Both the position numbers and the translations under genes were made by a program. Source: Mobula hypostoma (lineage: Eukaryota). Taken from it: DNA of 64,000 nt. Location of the stretch: NCBI RefSeq assembly GCF_963921235.1, contig NC_086108.1:67148001-67212000 (forward strand), read 5' to 3'. Under the pieces are notes generated by a model that was not told where the DNA came from, searched no databases, and saw only the letters and a list, made by a program, of their open reading frames with translations. Shown here piece by piece: positions 1 through 13,649 of the stretch (its first letter is position 1; each line of letters begins with the position of its first letter).

Positions 1-444
1 CCTTGGGCTAGTAGAAGGAAGGAGTGCCTTACACTTCATGCTTCAGATTGGGGTTCAGACGTATCTCCACCCCGACACCTCATTTCAAAACATAAAGGAT
101 TTAAAACAATGTTTTTTATAAAGCTATTAGAATATTTCAGCTTCACTTTAATGATATGTTTGATCTAATTTTATTTTACACAGTTATAACAGTAATTAAA
201 ATATCTCCAGGTTAGTTTCTACAAGCATGGTTCAGTAGGATTGACTGCTCAGCCATCTTGATGACTTCACTGTTCCTAAATGTCACGGATCCATCTTGAA
301 GAATTAGTTGTCAACAAAGTGTGTTGGAAAATAAGAAATCTGTACCACAGGAATCCCTTCACCAATGACAAAAAAAAATCCAGAGAGATTTCACAATGGA
401 GAAATGGACATTTTCTGAAAGCTAAAGCTTACCTTTCTTGTTTA

Positions 445-612
445 CAAGATTTGTTTTTCTCTCTCTCTCTACACACTGGCGTTTGATAGTCTTCATTTGC
501 TTTAATGGGCTCTATTGTGTTTCTTCGTTTTGTGGCTGCCTGTAAGGAGACGAATCTCAAGGTTGTATAAAGCATACATTGATAATAAAAGTACTTTGAA
601 CTTTGAACTTGA
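445..612 (+). mobile_element. 3' UTR/tail of a Rex1/Babar-type LINE
   Basis: Ends in ATAATAAAAGTACTTTGAACTTTGAAC; the same 3' UTR and tail occur on RT-bearing copies at 4545, 42612 and 57362 (reverse strand). Confidence 0.7.
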
Positions 613-2447
613 AGAAGAGAGGGTATGCATAAGAAAAGATAGAATAGGTGAATCTGAAGCAAGAGAGGAAAGGTCCATTTATAGGTGATATTCCCATAGT
701 GAGTTTAAGGGCATCCCACTACTTTAAGAAGGCATTAGAATCTAACAATACCAATGCTAAACAGTTTGCTGTACTCACAAACATCTCTTGTCATTATATG
801 TCCCACCCAGCCATTTAGCATTGAAAAGTGCCTTCTTTCACATCAAAGGTTTCTAGTACTAAAGCTCTTTTTTCTAGTGTCAGCTTTCAAGATTTGGTCA
901 TATATTGAACTTTTGTTGGAAGGAAAAAGCGTTATATAAAGGTAGGATCAATTGTACTATATCTAGACAATGACTTTATTGAAGGAATATCTCTTCTTCA
1001 ATACAGTAAAAATGAAATTCCACTCATCATTGTCTCATATCCCTTGTTAAAGAGCTGCCTAGGAAATCTCTTCAGATTTACTGGGTTATTTGGTACAGAT
1101 AATCTATCTTTTGCCCTATTGAGTGATGTGAACACTACCCCAAGTCTGCATACATCCTGTGATGGTGACAAAGGGCATTATGCAATTAATTGAGGTGTCT
1201 TTTTAAAAAAAAAGTGAGCAGAATTGTTTGTGTCAGGCAATGCAAGATGTCAGTATAATCATGGATTTGCATGGTGTTTGGCGATGTCCATCATATCTCT
1301 GACACATAAAGGGTTAAATTAGAATCTGATCAGTAAGAAGGTGAGAGAAGACAGTATTTGTGGCAGGGGGTCTCTATGGGAAATTTACATTTACTTAGCT
1401 GCACTGTCTGCGTCTCTATCTGTAAGCTTTTGAGTGGTGAAGGCTGCACTGTTTACCTCAACCATCTCTCCACAAAATCTGATATTCTTTGTATCAGAGC
1501 TCCAACCCTAAGTCCCTGATTGTTTCCATCATATGGCCCCACTTGCAACCCCCAAATGGACCTCCATTGATTTGTTGGAAAACCTAGGTTCCTTTCCCGA
1601 TCCCCATCCTGTCGATTCTTCTGATTTTTCTTTTTAACTTTCATTCCCTCAAAGCACATCGTTCTTGGTGTAGCTTTTCAAATGAGGCATCACTGAACAT
1701 TCTCCCCTCCCTATGGCACTAGACCTCTTGAGAAGCAGTTAGATTTCTTCAAGACTGCGTGTATAGTTGATGTGGGTCGGGGAGCAAAATAGGGTAGCTT
1801 ATGTGAGTATATGTCATTCTCAACCCACAGTCAGCTTGGTATCGCAGGACAAGCTCGAATAAGATACAAATATCTTTTCCTGTCAGCTTTGCAGTTGTAC
1901 TTCAGGTAGTTTGCACTATTTTCAAAACTCTTTCAGCAAATTAGCAGAATAGAAGTCATTTTATGAATTTCTTAGGGAATAGCTTGGACAATCCTTAACC
2001 AGTTTACAGTGCAAGCTGCAAGTGATTAAAACTAGAGTTGCAGTATATGCTGAAATCTTTGATGAGTGGTACCGGGCATTTTTAAATAAGTTACTTCTGC
2101 ATCATAATTTGAAGGCATAATTAGTGGCTCAGACTTGGAATATTTCCCCTCTTACTTTTGCACAAAGGTCAACTTTCATCAAGTCATTGCTGAGTGTTTC
2201 CAGCATTCTCTGCTTTCATCAAGTTGGTCCATTTGTGTACTCTCCTGCAGCTTTTCAACTGGCCAATACCATCCTTGTTCTTATTATACCCATGATATTG
2301 GTAAAGTATCAGGTTAAATGCCATTAAAATTACTTCTTACTCTAATTATACAGGCTTTTTAACATACCCTCACAGACGATGATTAAAATTAAGCTTACTT
2401 TCATTTAATTAAGTAGCAGGTAGTTACAAGTTGGTCAATGCAGTAAT

Positions 2448-3905
2448 AAGTTCAAAGTTCAAATGAAATTTATTATCAAAGTGCATATAGGTCCCCATAT
2501 AAAACCCTGAGATTTATTTTCAATAGTTTCAGTAGTTCAATAGTTCCATTTATTATCAGAGAAATGTATACAATATACATCCTGAAATTCTTGTTCTTTG
2601 TAGACATACTTTAAAACAGAAGGGTACCCCAAGAATGAGTGACAATCAAAATGTTAGAACCCCAAATTCCCCCCAGTCGCCCTCCTGCACACAAGCAGCA
2701 GCAAAGCATCGACCCTTCCCCTCCCCCATTTACTTCAGCAAAAAACATCAGCACTCTCCACCCACCAAGCAAGCAATAGCAAAACCTCCGAGAAAGACCA
2801 TGATCTGCAGTAAAACAAAAACTAATCATTCACCTAACAGCTAACATGCCACAGGCCCCTGATAAAGGGACAAACAGGTGTCAATCAGCAAAAGGGGAGA
2901 TATAAACAAAATAACTTGCTAATTTGTGATGGTAAAGTCTGCCTCATTGTGATTTTTTTTAAAGAGAGATAGAGAAAAACTTCCAACAGCTGATCCACTC
3001 CACTGCTCCCGATGTTCTGTTTTCTCCTGTGGTTCCTCAGTCAGTGACACTGGCATAGAATTTATTCGCCCACACGACCATGAAATCCTCAAAACCCCGA
3101 AGGCATGCTTGTCGTCTGGGGTGCATCCTTGGGTTATCAATAAGCGGCCAGTCATGAGCCCCTGGGCATGGGACTTGACACCACAATGAATCAAAGTCTG
3201 AGTGTAACTCCAGGTCAGAGTCTCCGACAGAACCCCAGCCACCTTGAAAAGGGAGAAGAGAGACACTGAAGATAGAAATTAAGCTATTTCCACAGATGAG
3301 CTCGAAGGAGTCACTGATAAGCACCATTGTATCTTCGCAAGCATTCTTTTCTCACGGGCATGCACAGTAAATGTGAAAGAACACATTAGAATCAATGATA
3401 GACCAACAACTAATGTACAAAAGACAACAAACTGTGTAAATACAAAAAGAAAAAAGTAATAAATAAGCAATAAATATTGAGAACATGGGATGAAGATTCC
3501 TTTAAAGTGAGTCCACTGGTTATAAGAACAGTTCAGTGTTGGGGTGAATAAAGTTGTATGAAGTTATGCCCTTTGGTTCAAGAGGCTGATGGTTCAGGGG
3601 TAATGACTGTACCTGAACATGGTGATGTTGGTCAAGAGGCTCCTGTAACTCTGTCCTGATCACGGCAGCAAGAAGAGTGCATGGCCTGGATGGTAGGTGT
3701 CCTTGCTGTTGGATGTTGCTTTCCTGTAGATGTGCTCATTGGTGGGGAGGGCTTTATCTGTGATGGACTGGGCTGTATCCACTACTGTTTGTAAGCATCT
3801 CCATTCAAGGGAATTGGTGATTCCATACCAGGCCATGATGCAACCAGTCTCCACTGCACACCTATAAAAGGTTGTCAAAGTTTCAGATGACATGCTGAAT
3901 CTACC
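2448..3905 (-). mobile_element. Rex1/Babar-type LINE 3' fragment with a second 3' UTR nested at about 2519-3310
   Basis: AAGTTCAAAGTTCAAA tail; ORF 3660-3893 gives FYRCAVETGCIMAWYG...LQTVVDTAQSIT...HPGHALFLLP, the typical C-terminus of this family. Confidence 0.75.
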
Positions 3906-4544
3906 AATGAATGACGCATTAAGATCAGGACCAATTTTACAAGTAAGTATTGTGGAAATTATTATGCTAAATTCCGGATGAAAATTAAGAATTATTTGAG
4001 CAAAATCTTAGACTTACCCAGTATTATCAAAGCTGCCTAGGATATCACTTCAAAGCTATTAGTGGAGCGTTTAGAGCAGGTGCGGACAATTTCTAATACT
4101 CCACACCTAAACCACCCACAGTGTATCCTGTCTGAACTGAGTTTAGCTATATCTTTAATCAATTAGCTTAGAGTGCAATATTAATAAAAATAGACCTTTT
4201 CTTTTGCACCATGTGTTTGGAACATTTTTCAACCCAAAACTGTCAGAGACTGTTATTCATTTGAGATCTACTTGAAACTGAGTTTCACAATTGAAATATC
4301 GCTCCTGCTCTGTGTTCATTCTGCAAGACAGCAATTTTGAGTGAACTGTTTCCCATTCTCAGTCGAAGTGAAGGTTATAAACCTGTAATCTATGAGATAA
4401 TCATGTGAAACATAATTGTTCAAACAATCTTAATAATTAATTTTGATTTCTTCTATCCAAAATAAAATTACTAATAACTGTAGTATATTTCTGGTATCAT
4501 GACATGGTCGAAGACCGGTTGCTGTATGCTCTTAGATTTGAAAG

Positions 4545-5231
4545 TACAAAGTTCAAAGTAAATTAATTATCAAAGTATATATATGTCACCACATGCATCC
4601 CTGAGATTCAGTTCCTTCCAGGCAATCACAATAAATACAAGAAACACAATAGAATCATTGAGGGACCACACCTAGCAAACAATGTGCAATAAAAAACAAC
4701 GGTGAATCTTGAAGCTCCTGTACCATCTTCCTGATGGCAGCAGCAAAAAGAGAGCATGACCCTGAATGTGGCTGTCCTTGATGATGAATGTTGATTTTCT
4801 GTGCCAGTAGTCTGTGTAGATGCGCTCAATTATGGGAGGGCTTTACCCATGATGGACTGGGCCGTATCCATTACTTTTTGTAAGCTTTTCCATACCTGGC
4901 GTTGATGTGACCGGCCTATAGATGTATATTCTCCACCATACATCTATAGAGGTTGGTCAACGTTTTAGATGTCAAGCTGAATCTTCATAAACTTTGAAGA
5001 AAGCAAAGTAGTGCCTCTGCTTTCTTCATAATTGCACTTACACGCTGGACCCAGGACAAGTCCTCTGAAATGATAACCGAGGAACTTAAAGTTGCTGACC
5101 CTCTCCACCTCTGATCCCCCGATGAGGACTGGCTCATGGACCTTTGGTTTCCTCCTCCTGAGGTCAATAATCAGCTCCTTGGTCTTGCTGACACTGAGTG
5201 AGATGTTGTTGTTGTAGCACCTCTCAGCCTC
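4545..5231 (-). mobile_element. Rex1/Babar-type LINE, 3' half (split by Gypsy insertion)
   Basis: ORF 4965-5294 contains NNISLSVSKTKELIIDLRR...VERVSNFKFLG (RT thumb region); AAAGTTCAAAGT tail. Confidence 0.8.
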
Positions 5232-5535
5232 TGTTATGAAAGGCAACCAACCATGACGGCTTTTGGGGTTAGACCCTCTATGGATAGCTGGCACAGCCCC
5301 TTTAAAGAACCAGGCTGCTCCACTAATTGGTGGCTATGATTTTGCACCAGGATTTAATATTTAAAGAGCACCTGAATTGAGATTCAGTGCTCAATCATTA
5401 GCTCAGTTTTGGATTCTAATCTAGCGTCTAGTTTACAACACTGTCTTCGTTTCAGTCTTGTATCATGCCTCAATTCTAGTCTCAGATACTCCAGCACCTG
5501 GGTCCTAACCATCCTTGCCTAGGTCTCTCGTCATA
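5232..5535 (+). repeat. 5' LTR
   Basis: Starts TGTTATGA; alignable by eye to 7405-7703 (shared GCACCAGGATTTA, TCTTGTATCATGCCT, GATACTCCAGCAC, GGGTCCTAACCATCC). Confidence 0.85.
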
Positions 5536-5855
5536 GTACGATTGAGCTAACGCGGACCCAGTGGGGTATCGGTGCCTTTTGTCAGCTGCGACCAGCCACA
5601 GCGAGAAAAATTCAAGACAGAGCCTGGAGATGCATGACCTCCAGGTCACCGTGTACCAGCTATCGCAGGGAGGAAGCCAGAGTCACTCAGGTGAGGCTGT
5701 TAGTCGCTCTGCAGAGTCAGTCCATCTTCCGACCCCAGAGAGATTATGCAGTGACCCAAGCTCGTTGCCGTGGCTTCCTTTCTCCATGTTTGTTGGTGTT
5801 CAAGTTCCAGCCGTCCCAGTTCCCTGCTGAGCGCGGAGGTCAGTAATACGCACTC

Positions 5856-7352
5856 TCAGGCCTGGAGGGAAGTGCTATGGAGGAGTATATAAAGGAGGCT
5901 CTTGCCCTGGGATTCATTCAGACCTCCATCTCTCCAGCAGTCCTTTGTTTCGACTATCGAAGCGGAGGATACTTTTGCAGAGCTCAAACAAGGGTTCATG
6001 ACAGCTCCCATTTTAGCTTCACCTAACCCAGACCTTCCCTTCATCTTGGAGGTGGATGCCTCGGATGTTGGAGTGGGTGCAATAGGAAAATAAACTGCAC
6101 CCATGTGTGTTCTCTTCCAGGCAGCTATCCCTGGCAGAGAACATCAGAAATAGAGAGTTGCTCGCGGTCACGTTGGCTCTGGAGGAATGGCGTCACTGGC
6201 TTGAGGGGGCCAAGAACCGTTTTATCATATGGACAGACCACAAGAACCTGGCTTATATTCAGGAGGCTAAGAGCTGAATTCTAGGTAGGCCAGGTGGTCT
6301 CTTTTATTTAACAGCTTTAATTTTGCCCCGACCTATCAACCCGGGCCTAAGAATCAGAAACCAGATGCCTTGTCCCATCAGTTTGTCAAACCTGAACAAG
6401 AGGAACAGCCCACCACCAAGCCAAGGTGATAGCCAATTCATCGGGAAATTAACACCCTTGTTTACAAGGGCCAGGCGCAAGGGGAAATTTCTCAGAACGT
6501 CTTTCGCGGTTAACTGTTTGTTCCTAGTTCCACTCAGTCTCAGGTTCTTCAAAGGGGACATACTTTGAGAATGACCACTCACCCAGGGATTGCCAGGACC
6601 CTCGAGTTCATTAAGAGAAGATATTGGTGGCCTGGAATGGTGAGGGAGGTCCGTCAATACGTGCAGGCATGCGAGATGTATGCCCGGAATAAGGAGCCCT
6701 GCACCCAATCTCAAGGCCTCCTGCACCCTCTGAAAGACCAGACAATTGGTGCAATCATTTGATGTGGGCAAAGGTCACACATGGGATGTCTCTTTTCGAA
6801 TGCCACCACTCTTCCCTGAGCAGGAGGTCGAGGGTGGGGTCCCTGCGACTGCAGATTTAGTCCGACACTGCAAGGAGAAATGGATTAGGGCATGGGAGAT
6901 TTGGTTAGCTTCTATCCAGAAGGCTAAAATAATGGATAATTGCAAGAGAAGACAGGGACCAGTTTTGCTTTTTGAGCAACAGGTCTGGCTGTCGACTCAG
7001 GATTTGGCTTTCCAGGTGGAGTCTAGGAAATTGGCAGCCAAGTTCATTGGACCCTTCAAGAATCTCAAAAGCTTACACCTTGCAACTCCCCAAGACCCAC
7101 AAGATTAATCCCACTTTCCATATTTCCAAACTAAAATCTGTGAACACCAGCCCTTTAGCCCCACCACTATCAGCCCTGCCAACACTGAGGTTTGTAAATG
7201 TGGAACAAGTCTTCACTGTGAGGAGAATTTTTGACTCACGAACTGTTTGGGGTATTCCGTATTTCCCCATGGACTGGGAAGAATTTGGACTTGAGGAACA
7301 GTGCTGGGTTCCTGAAAAGGACATCTTAGATCTGGCTCTCAACCATGACTAA
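5856..7352 (+). pseudogene. Gypsy pol remnant: RNase H, integrase zinc-binding and GPF/Y regions, chromodomain
   Basis: [40 protein letters not shown]...WTDHKNL; HPGIARTLEFIKRRYWWPGM...QACE; KLAAKFIGPF; FTVRRIFDSR...DWEEFGLEEQCWVPEKDILD; many frameshifts, RT and integrase cores missing. Confidence 0.9.
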
Positions 7353-7404
7353 CGTCATTGTCTCTCCGAGCAACCAGCGTTGTCAGGAGTAGGGGAGGAG
7401 GTCC

Positions 7405-7703
7405 TGTCACGACATGCACCCAACTTCGTCAGCTTCTGGGGATTAGAAGCTCTAACTTTCTAGGGTATGGGTAGCTGGCGTGGCCTCTTTAAAGATTCAG
7501 ACCTCACTGCTAATTGGCGGCCATGTGTTGGCACCAGGATTTAGTATGTAAAGAGCACCTAAACTGAGGTTCAGTGCTCGATCAGTTTTGGATTCTCGTC
7601 TAGCATCTAATTTAGAACCCAGTTCTTGTATCATGCCTTGATTCTAGTCTCGGATACTCCAGCACTTGGGTCCTAACCATCCCCGCCGAGGTCTCTGGTC
7701 ACA
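7405..7703 (+). repeat. 3' LTR
   Basis: TGTCAC...GGTCACA, immediately after the polypurine tract. Confidence 0.85.
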
Positions 7704-9690
7704 GCCTTCCTCCTATATGCTGATTCATCACCACCCTTGGCATTGGAGCTATGTTTAGCCTTCCAGTCATAAGTATAATGTGAGTGGAGCAGAGGGCTAA
7801 GCACACAGCCTTGTGCCCACCTGTGCTGATGGAGACTGTGGAAGAGACGTTGTTGCCAAACTGAACCGACTGAGGTCAGCTAGTGATAAAATCGGGGATC
7901 CATTTGTACAAGGAGGTATTGTGGCTTAGGACTTGAAGCTTATTGATTAGTTTTGAGAGGATGATAGTGTTGAATGCTGAGCTGTAACCAATAAAGTGTG
8001 TCCTGATGCATGCATCTTGTTTGTTCAGATATTCCAGCATTGAGTTAAAAGCCAATGAAATGGCATCTGCTGTTGACCTGCTGTGATAGCAGGCAAAATG
8101 GAGTGGATCCAAGTTGCTTCTCAGCTAGGAGTTAATATTTTACATCACCAAACTCTCAAAGCACTTCATTAAAGTTGATGTAAGTGCTACTGGATGACAG
8201 TTATTGAGGCAGGTTACTATGTTCTTCTTCCGGTATATTGAATTGAAGCCTGCTTGAAGCAGGTGGGTAACTCAGGCTGCCAAAGCAAGAGGCTAAAGGT
8301 ATTGGTGAACATTCCAGTGAGTTGATCAGCATGGATCTTTAGTACTCAGCCAGGTAGCCCGTCGGACCTGATGCTTCCCGTACGCTCATCCTCTTGAAGG
8401 ATGCTCTCAATTGACCTCAAAAACTGAAGACACAGAGTGATCAGGGCCTGAGGGAATTCATGAATGTCCCTTCAAGTTTTGATGGTCAAAGCAAGCATAA
8501 AAGGCATTGAGCTGATCTGGGAGCACAGCTTTGTTGTCACCTTTGTTGCTTGGTTTTACTTTGTAGGAGGTGAGAGCATTCAAGCCCTGCAACAACTGTT
8601 GAGGGACTTTCTGTAATTCCAGTTTGGTCCAGAATTGCCAATTCACACATGAGATGGTTTTGTGGAGATCTAACTTGGACCTCTTGTATTTCCTTTGTCA
8701 CAAGACCTGAATGCCACCAATCTGGGTCCCAGTAGATTGTGGATATCATGGTTCATCCAGGGCTTCTGGTTAAGGAAGACTGGATGATTTTGTGGGGACA
8801 CACTCATCTATGACTGTTATAAAGTCCATGACAACTGTGATGACAACTGCATTTGCTCAGATCCTCTGATGTTTCCTTCAACACGGATCAGTCAACTGAC
8901 TTGAAGCAATCCCATAGTCACTCCTCAGCCTCCTGTGACCACCATTTTATTAGTCTTATCTCTGGAGCCTTGACCTTTAGCCTCTGCCTGTATGCAGGTA
9001 GGAGAAGTTCAGCTAAATGATCAGGCTTCTGAAATGCAGTCTAGGCATGGAACGGTAGGCATTCCTAATCATATTGAAACAGTGGTTAATTGTGTATTGG
9101 CACCCCTGGTGCTGCAGGTGATATTTTGATACCTGGGAAAAACTTTCTTCAAAAAAGCCTGACTGAAGTGTCTGACAAAAAATTTGAAAGGCTGGTTCTT
9201 GTTTTCTAATCATGGCATTTAACGCCTGCTTTTGGTGTAATGTCCAGTGAAGATCATGGATGAGAACTCTCTCAGTAAGTAGAGTGATTGGCACTTAATT
9301 ATCAGATGTTCCAGATCAAGGAAAATAAGAGTGCAACAAGAAACTGCATCCTCTGAATCAGCAGTTTATTCCATCTGGTGTATTAAGAAGCTCTCAGGTC
9401 TTACTGATGTGTCTGTTGTGTCCGGAGTGAACTATGTCTTTGTGAAACACAGGTCACAGCAATTCCTTATTTCCCGTCAATACCGCAATCTTGCCCTTTG
9501 GTCCTCAGCCTATTTCTCCAGCGATTGTACATTCGCTAACGAGAGTCTGGATAGAGGGAGTTTCATTTCTCAGCATTTCAGCATGCCTTGGCGTTCACCC
9601 TTCCTTCCCTTTTCCGGCCATGACACTGTGCCTTCGTTCGCTTTAAGGTGTGGAATCTGCATGCTTGAGACTAAAGTCCGTTGAGTCCTT
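7704..9690 (-). mobile_element. Rex1/Babar-type LINE, 5' half (APE and RT remnants)
   Basis: DPLHFACYHSRSTADAISLA...YSSAFNTII; LPDQLNAFYACFD; continues the element interrupted at 5231. Confidence 0.8.
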
Positions 9691-11554
9691 CAGAATATTG
9701 TGAAATCATTAGTTCATCAAGACAGTTCAAAAGTACATTGCTTAAAGGAAAATTACAGTCTGCAGATTTCAATATGAGTAACTTGGAAGAAGTATTTTTA
9801 GAAGTTTTGTGAGCAGCCCAGAATGCGTCACCGTGATTCACCAGTCAGATTTAGTTAGAGTTAGGGATTTAGATAAAGTTAGAGATTTCACATTCTATCC
9901 TTTCATCTTGGATGAGAATTTAAACCAAAGTCATGTCATCTCTTTGAGCTAGTCAGTGAATCACATACCTCTATTCAATGTGAGACTGAAGGTTCGAATA
10001 ACTTCCTTCCATCAGCTAACACTAACACAAACTAATTAATCATTTAGGTTCTCAATTTGCTTTCTTTTCCACAAAGTGTCTACTGAGTTTTTATTCACAA
10101 AAAAAGTCTATTAGTTATAAAGTACTTTGACTTGATGTCAAGGTATTGAATGCTTATAAGTACTTTTATCATTGATGTCACGTCTATTGAAGTCAGATCT
10201 GATTAGCAGTTTATGTGGTACTTGATATGCTATATTTGCATTTGGTCATTATTCTTTTCTTGGTTAGTGGAAAGTGGCAGATTATATTAAACCATAAATT
10301 GACTAAGGAAAAATGTAGCAAAAATGGAAGGCAAGCGAATAACCGAGGATAAGTGGATTGTGTTTTATTGTCAGCATTACCACCCATCCCAAGAGACAGT
10401 TCCACATTGCCTTTGGCTTAGGTAAAAAATCCATCTCTGCTTTACAGTAAGCACTGGGACAAAGAGAACACTGTAGGTGGAGGAAATGAACAAGCTGTGG
10501 CATTGTTGGCAGAAGTTAAACTTTAACTTTTTCATTAAGTTTGCTTTCCTTAGCTGTCCAACGCCATGTAGCAGGTTTTAGTGATGCTGAACAGCAATTC
10601 CATCCAACACCAACAATTATAGGCCACCTCAAAAAAACTAACATGGATGCTGGGGGAAAACGGAGAACTTACACCGTTACTATGGCCAGCTGGCAACTGT
10701 ACAGCAAAAACATTGCCTTCTTTTTCATAAACACTTTCCTGTTCTGGAAACAGTATGCCGTGTTATATATTGACCGCGTGTTAGAAAAAGCACTTTGTCC
10801 AATTCAGTCCCTACCATTTTTGCAAGAATAGATTCTGCATTGACCTCTGTTTGGAAAAGTCAAAAGATCTGCACTTTGTACTTGTTTACAGTTTGTTCCT
10901 TAAAATACTTTAAATCATCTTCATAGTACCCTGGCTATGCCCACCAAGAAGACCTGCCACCGACTCTTTACTATTTCTACTCAAGTATCTATCATCATCG
11001 ACCAATTAAAAGAACATCCACAACCAGTTGTCCGGTAATTATACAAGATTTCTGCATCTTCAATTTTAAATCTTCCCTCACCCACTATTGGATCTAATAT
11101 TGGTATGGTGTAAACATCAGGAAGCATCTTGGATAACATATTCCATTTTTTGACTTATAATTATAATACATATAGTATATTTGTATATGGCAAGTAATCA
11201 GGATGAAATTTTGTACCTACTCATTATGGTTCTGCTGACAAATAAGGAGAAGATTATAAAATCCCAGGAACTTTCCCTGGGAAAACACTTCTCTGGGCAC
11301 TTGAAGTTCTTGATATTTCTCACAAGGGCCCGAATTATGAGTGCTATCAGCCTGTGAGTATAGGTGTCTTTGCCTTGTTATTACTAACTATTAGAATCCA
11401 AGTACCACCCAAGAGTAAACAAGCTAGTATTCTGGTGCAATCACAATAACTTCGAGCTCCCTTCTGGAAAACGCGGGAGAGTTATTAAGGCAAAAACTTC
11501 ATGATGTCTTAAAAGTTTCTTCTGGCAGGCAGTTAATCTGATCAACAATTCTAG

Positions 11555-11805
11555 TTAACACACCTACCCCATCTACTACCCCAATCACTGCACTGTATAA
11601 ACTTCTAACCACTTCTTATTTATGTATTTATGTACATTTTATTCCATAATTAAAGCTCTTATTTTCATACTATTTATTCTTCATAATTATTGGATGTTGT
11701 TTTTATTGCATGTTGCGTTAACATACCACAGCAGATTCCTAATTCATATAAATACGTAAGGTGAATAAAGTTTATCCTTGATAGTTGATCTTGAAACTTG
11801 ATAAG
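11555..11805 (+). mobile_element. LINE 3' UTR (probably Rex-type)
   Basis: AT-rich UTR ending GGTGAATAAAGTTTATCCTTGA plus a short degenerate (CTTGA)n tail. Confidence 0.5.
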
Positions 11806-11859
11806 GAAAAAGACAAAATGATCATGTTCCCTAACCTAATAAAGGAGAATCTATTCTTG

Positions 11860-12150
11860 CAAGCCTAGAGCAGAGCGATCCTGGGGATCCAAATCAACAG
11901 GTCACTGGAAGTGGCTACACAAGAATATAGGGTGGTAAAGAAGGTGCATGGCATATTTGCTTTCCTTGGTCGAGGTATTGAGTACAAGAATCAGGAAGTC
12001 ATCTTGCAGCTTTGTAAATCTGGTTTGGACATGCTTCGCATATTGTTGCCCCATTACATGAAGGATGCAGAGCCTTTGAAAAGAGTGCAAAAGAGGTGTA
12101 CCAAGATGCTGCCTGATTTAGAGGTTAGAAGCTATAAGGAGAGTCATGGT
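11860..12150 (+). mobile_element. CR1 LINE ORF2 C-terminal fragment
   Basis: VVKKVHGIFAFLGRGIEYKNQEVILQL...PHYMKDAEPLKRVQKRCTKMLP. Confidence 0.8.
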
Positions 12151-13649
12151 TAATACAGCACAGATACAGGCCTTCCAGACCAATACTTCCATGCCGATCA
12201 TGGTGCGCAGCCAGTTAGTCCCTATTTCCTGCAGTTGATCCATATTCCTCTAAGCCCACCCTCTCAATGTACCTATCTATATGCTTCTTAAGGGCCTCAA
12301 CCACTTGCTCTGGAAGTTTGTTCCATATTCTCACCATCCTCTGCATGAAAAAGATGACCCTCACCCTAAATCTATGCTTCCGACTTTTGGACTCACCTAG
12401 CCTGGAGAAAAAATTGCCACCATTTAATTTATGTATGTCCTTCATGATATTACTAACGTCTATAAACCCCACATTTTCCTACGCTCCAAGGAATAAGGTC
12501 CCAGCCTGGCCAACCTCTCTCTATACCCCCGTCCCTCTAGACCTGGCAACATCCTTGCAAATCTTCTCCGCTCCCAATCCATTTTAACCACATCAGTCCA
12601 ATAAAAACGTTATGACAACTGTACACGATGCTCCAAGTGTGGCTTCAGCAATGACTTGCAGAACTGCAACATAATGTTCCAATTCCTCTAATTAATGCCG
12701 TGACTAATAAAAGCCAGGGAAAATCATCTTTTTGCATCACCCTTTCTAGCTGTGATGCTACTTTCAATGAACTATGCACTTGTACTCCTAAGTTCCTCTG
12801 ATCTATTACACTCCCTAAGCCTCTACCATGCATAGGATAAGGCTTCCACTGGTTTGACTTTTCAAAATGTATCACTTTACATTTATCTGTATTGAAATCC
12901 ATTTGCCACTCCTCAGACTATTTTCCTAACTGATCAAGATCTCTCTATAATCTACAATAACCTTCTTCACTATCAAAAGCACCTCTTAAGTTTGTGTTAT
13001 CTACAAACTTACCGATCATGCTTTGTATACTGGCACCAATATAATGAATAATGAAATCCAAAAAATGAATAACAAGGGTCCCAAAACTGATCCTTGCAGC
13101 ACACAATTAGTTGATGACTTCCATTCTACGAAACAACCTTCATTCACCATCATCTGTTTCCTACCTCTGGGCCACTCCCTGGATTCTGTGGGGCCTACCA
13201 TGCTGGCCTTTGTCAAAAGCCTTGCTAAAGTCCAAATAAACAACATCTACTGTCCTACCCTCTTCTATCTTATTGGTTATTTCTTCAAAAAGCTCTAACA
13301 GGTTTGTTAAACACGATCTCCCATACACAGAGCTTTGCTGACCTTCCTAATCTGACTCTGTCTATCCAGTTTCATGTTAATTTCTCCCTCAGAATTCTCT
13401 CCAGTAAATATCTAACTACTGATGTCAAACTGATTGGCCTGTTATTCCTCTCCAGTTCTTGCTACCTTTCTTAAACAACAAAACAGTATTAGCCACCTCC
13501 TAGTCCTCAGGAACGTCCCTGGTGGCTAACAATGAAGCAACTCTCTCCATCTGGGCCTCCAAAATTTATTTTCTCTCGTCTCTCCAAAGATCTGGCGCTG
13601 CACTATATCAGGGCTTGGGTGTTTATCTTAATGTACTATAAGGTGAATA

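Larger units (their letters stand above)
5232..7703 (+). mobile_element. Internally deleted Ty3/Gypsy chromovirus (sushi-like) LTR retrotransposon
   Basis: Two ~300-bp LTRs (TG...TA and TG...CA), 5-bp TSD GCCTC/GCCTT, polypurine tract AGGAGTAGGGGAGGAGG before the 3' LTR, RNase H, integrase and chromodomain remnants. Confidence 0.9.
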
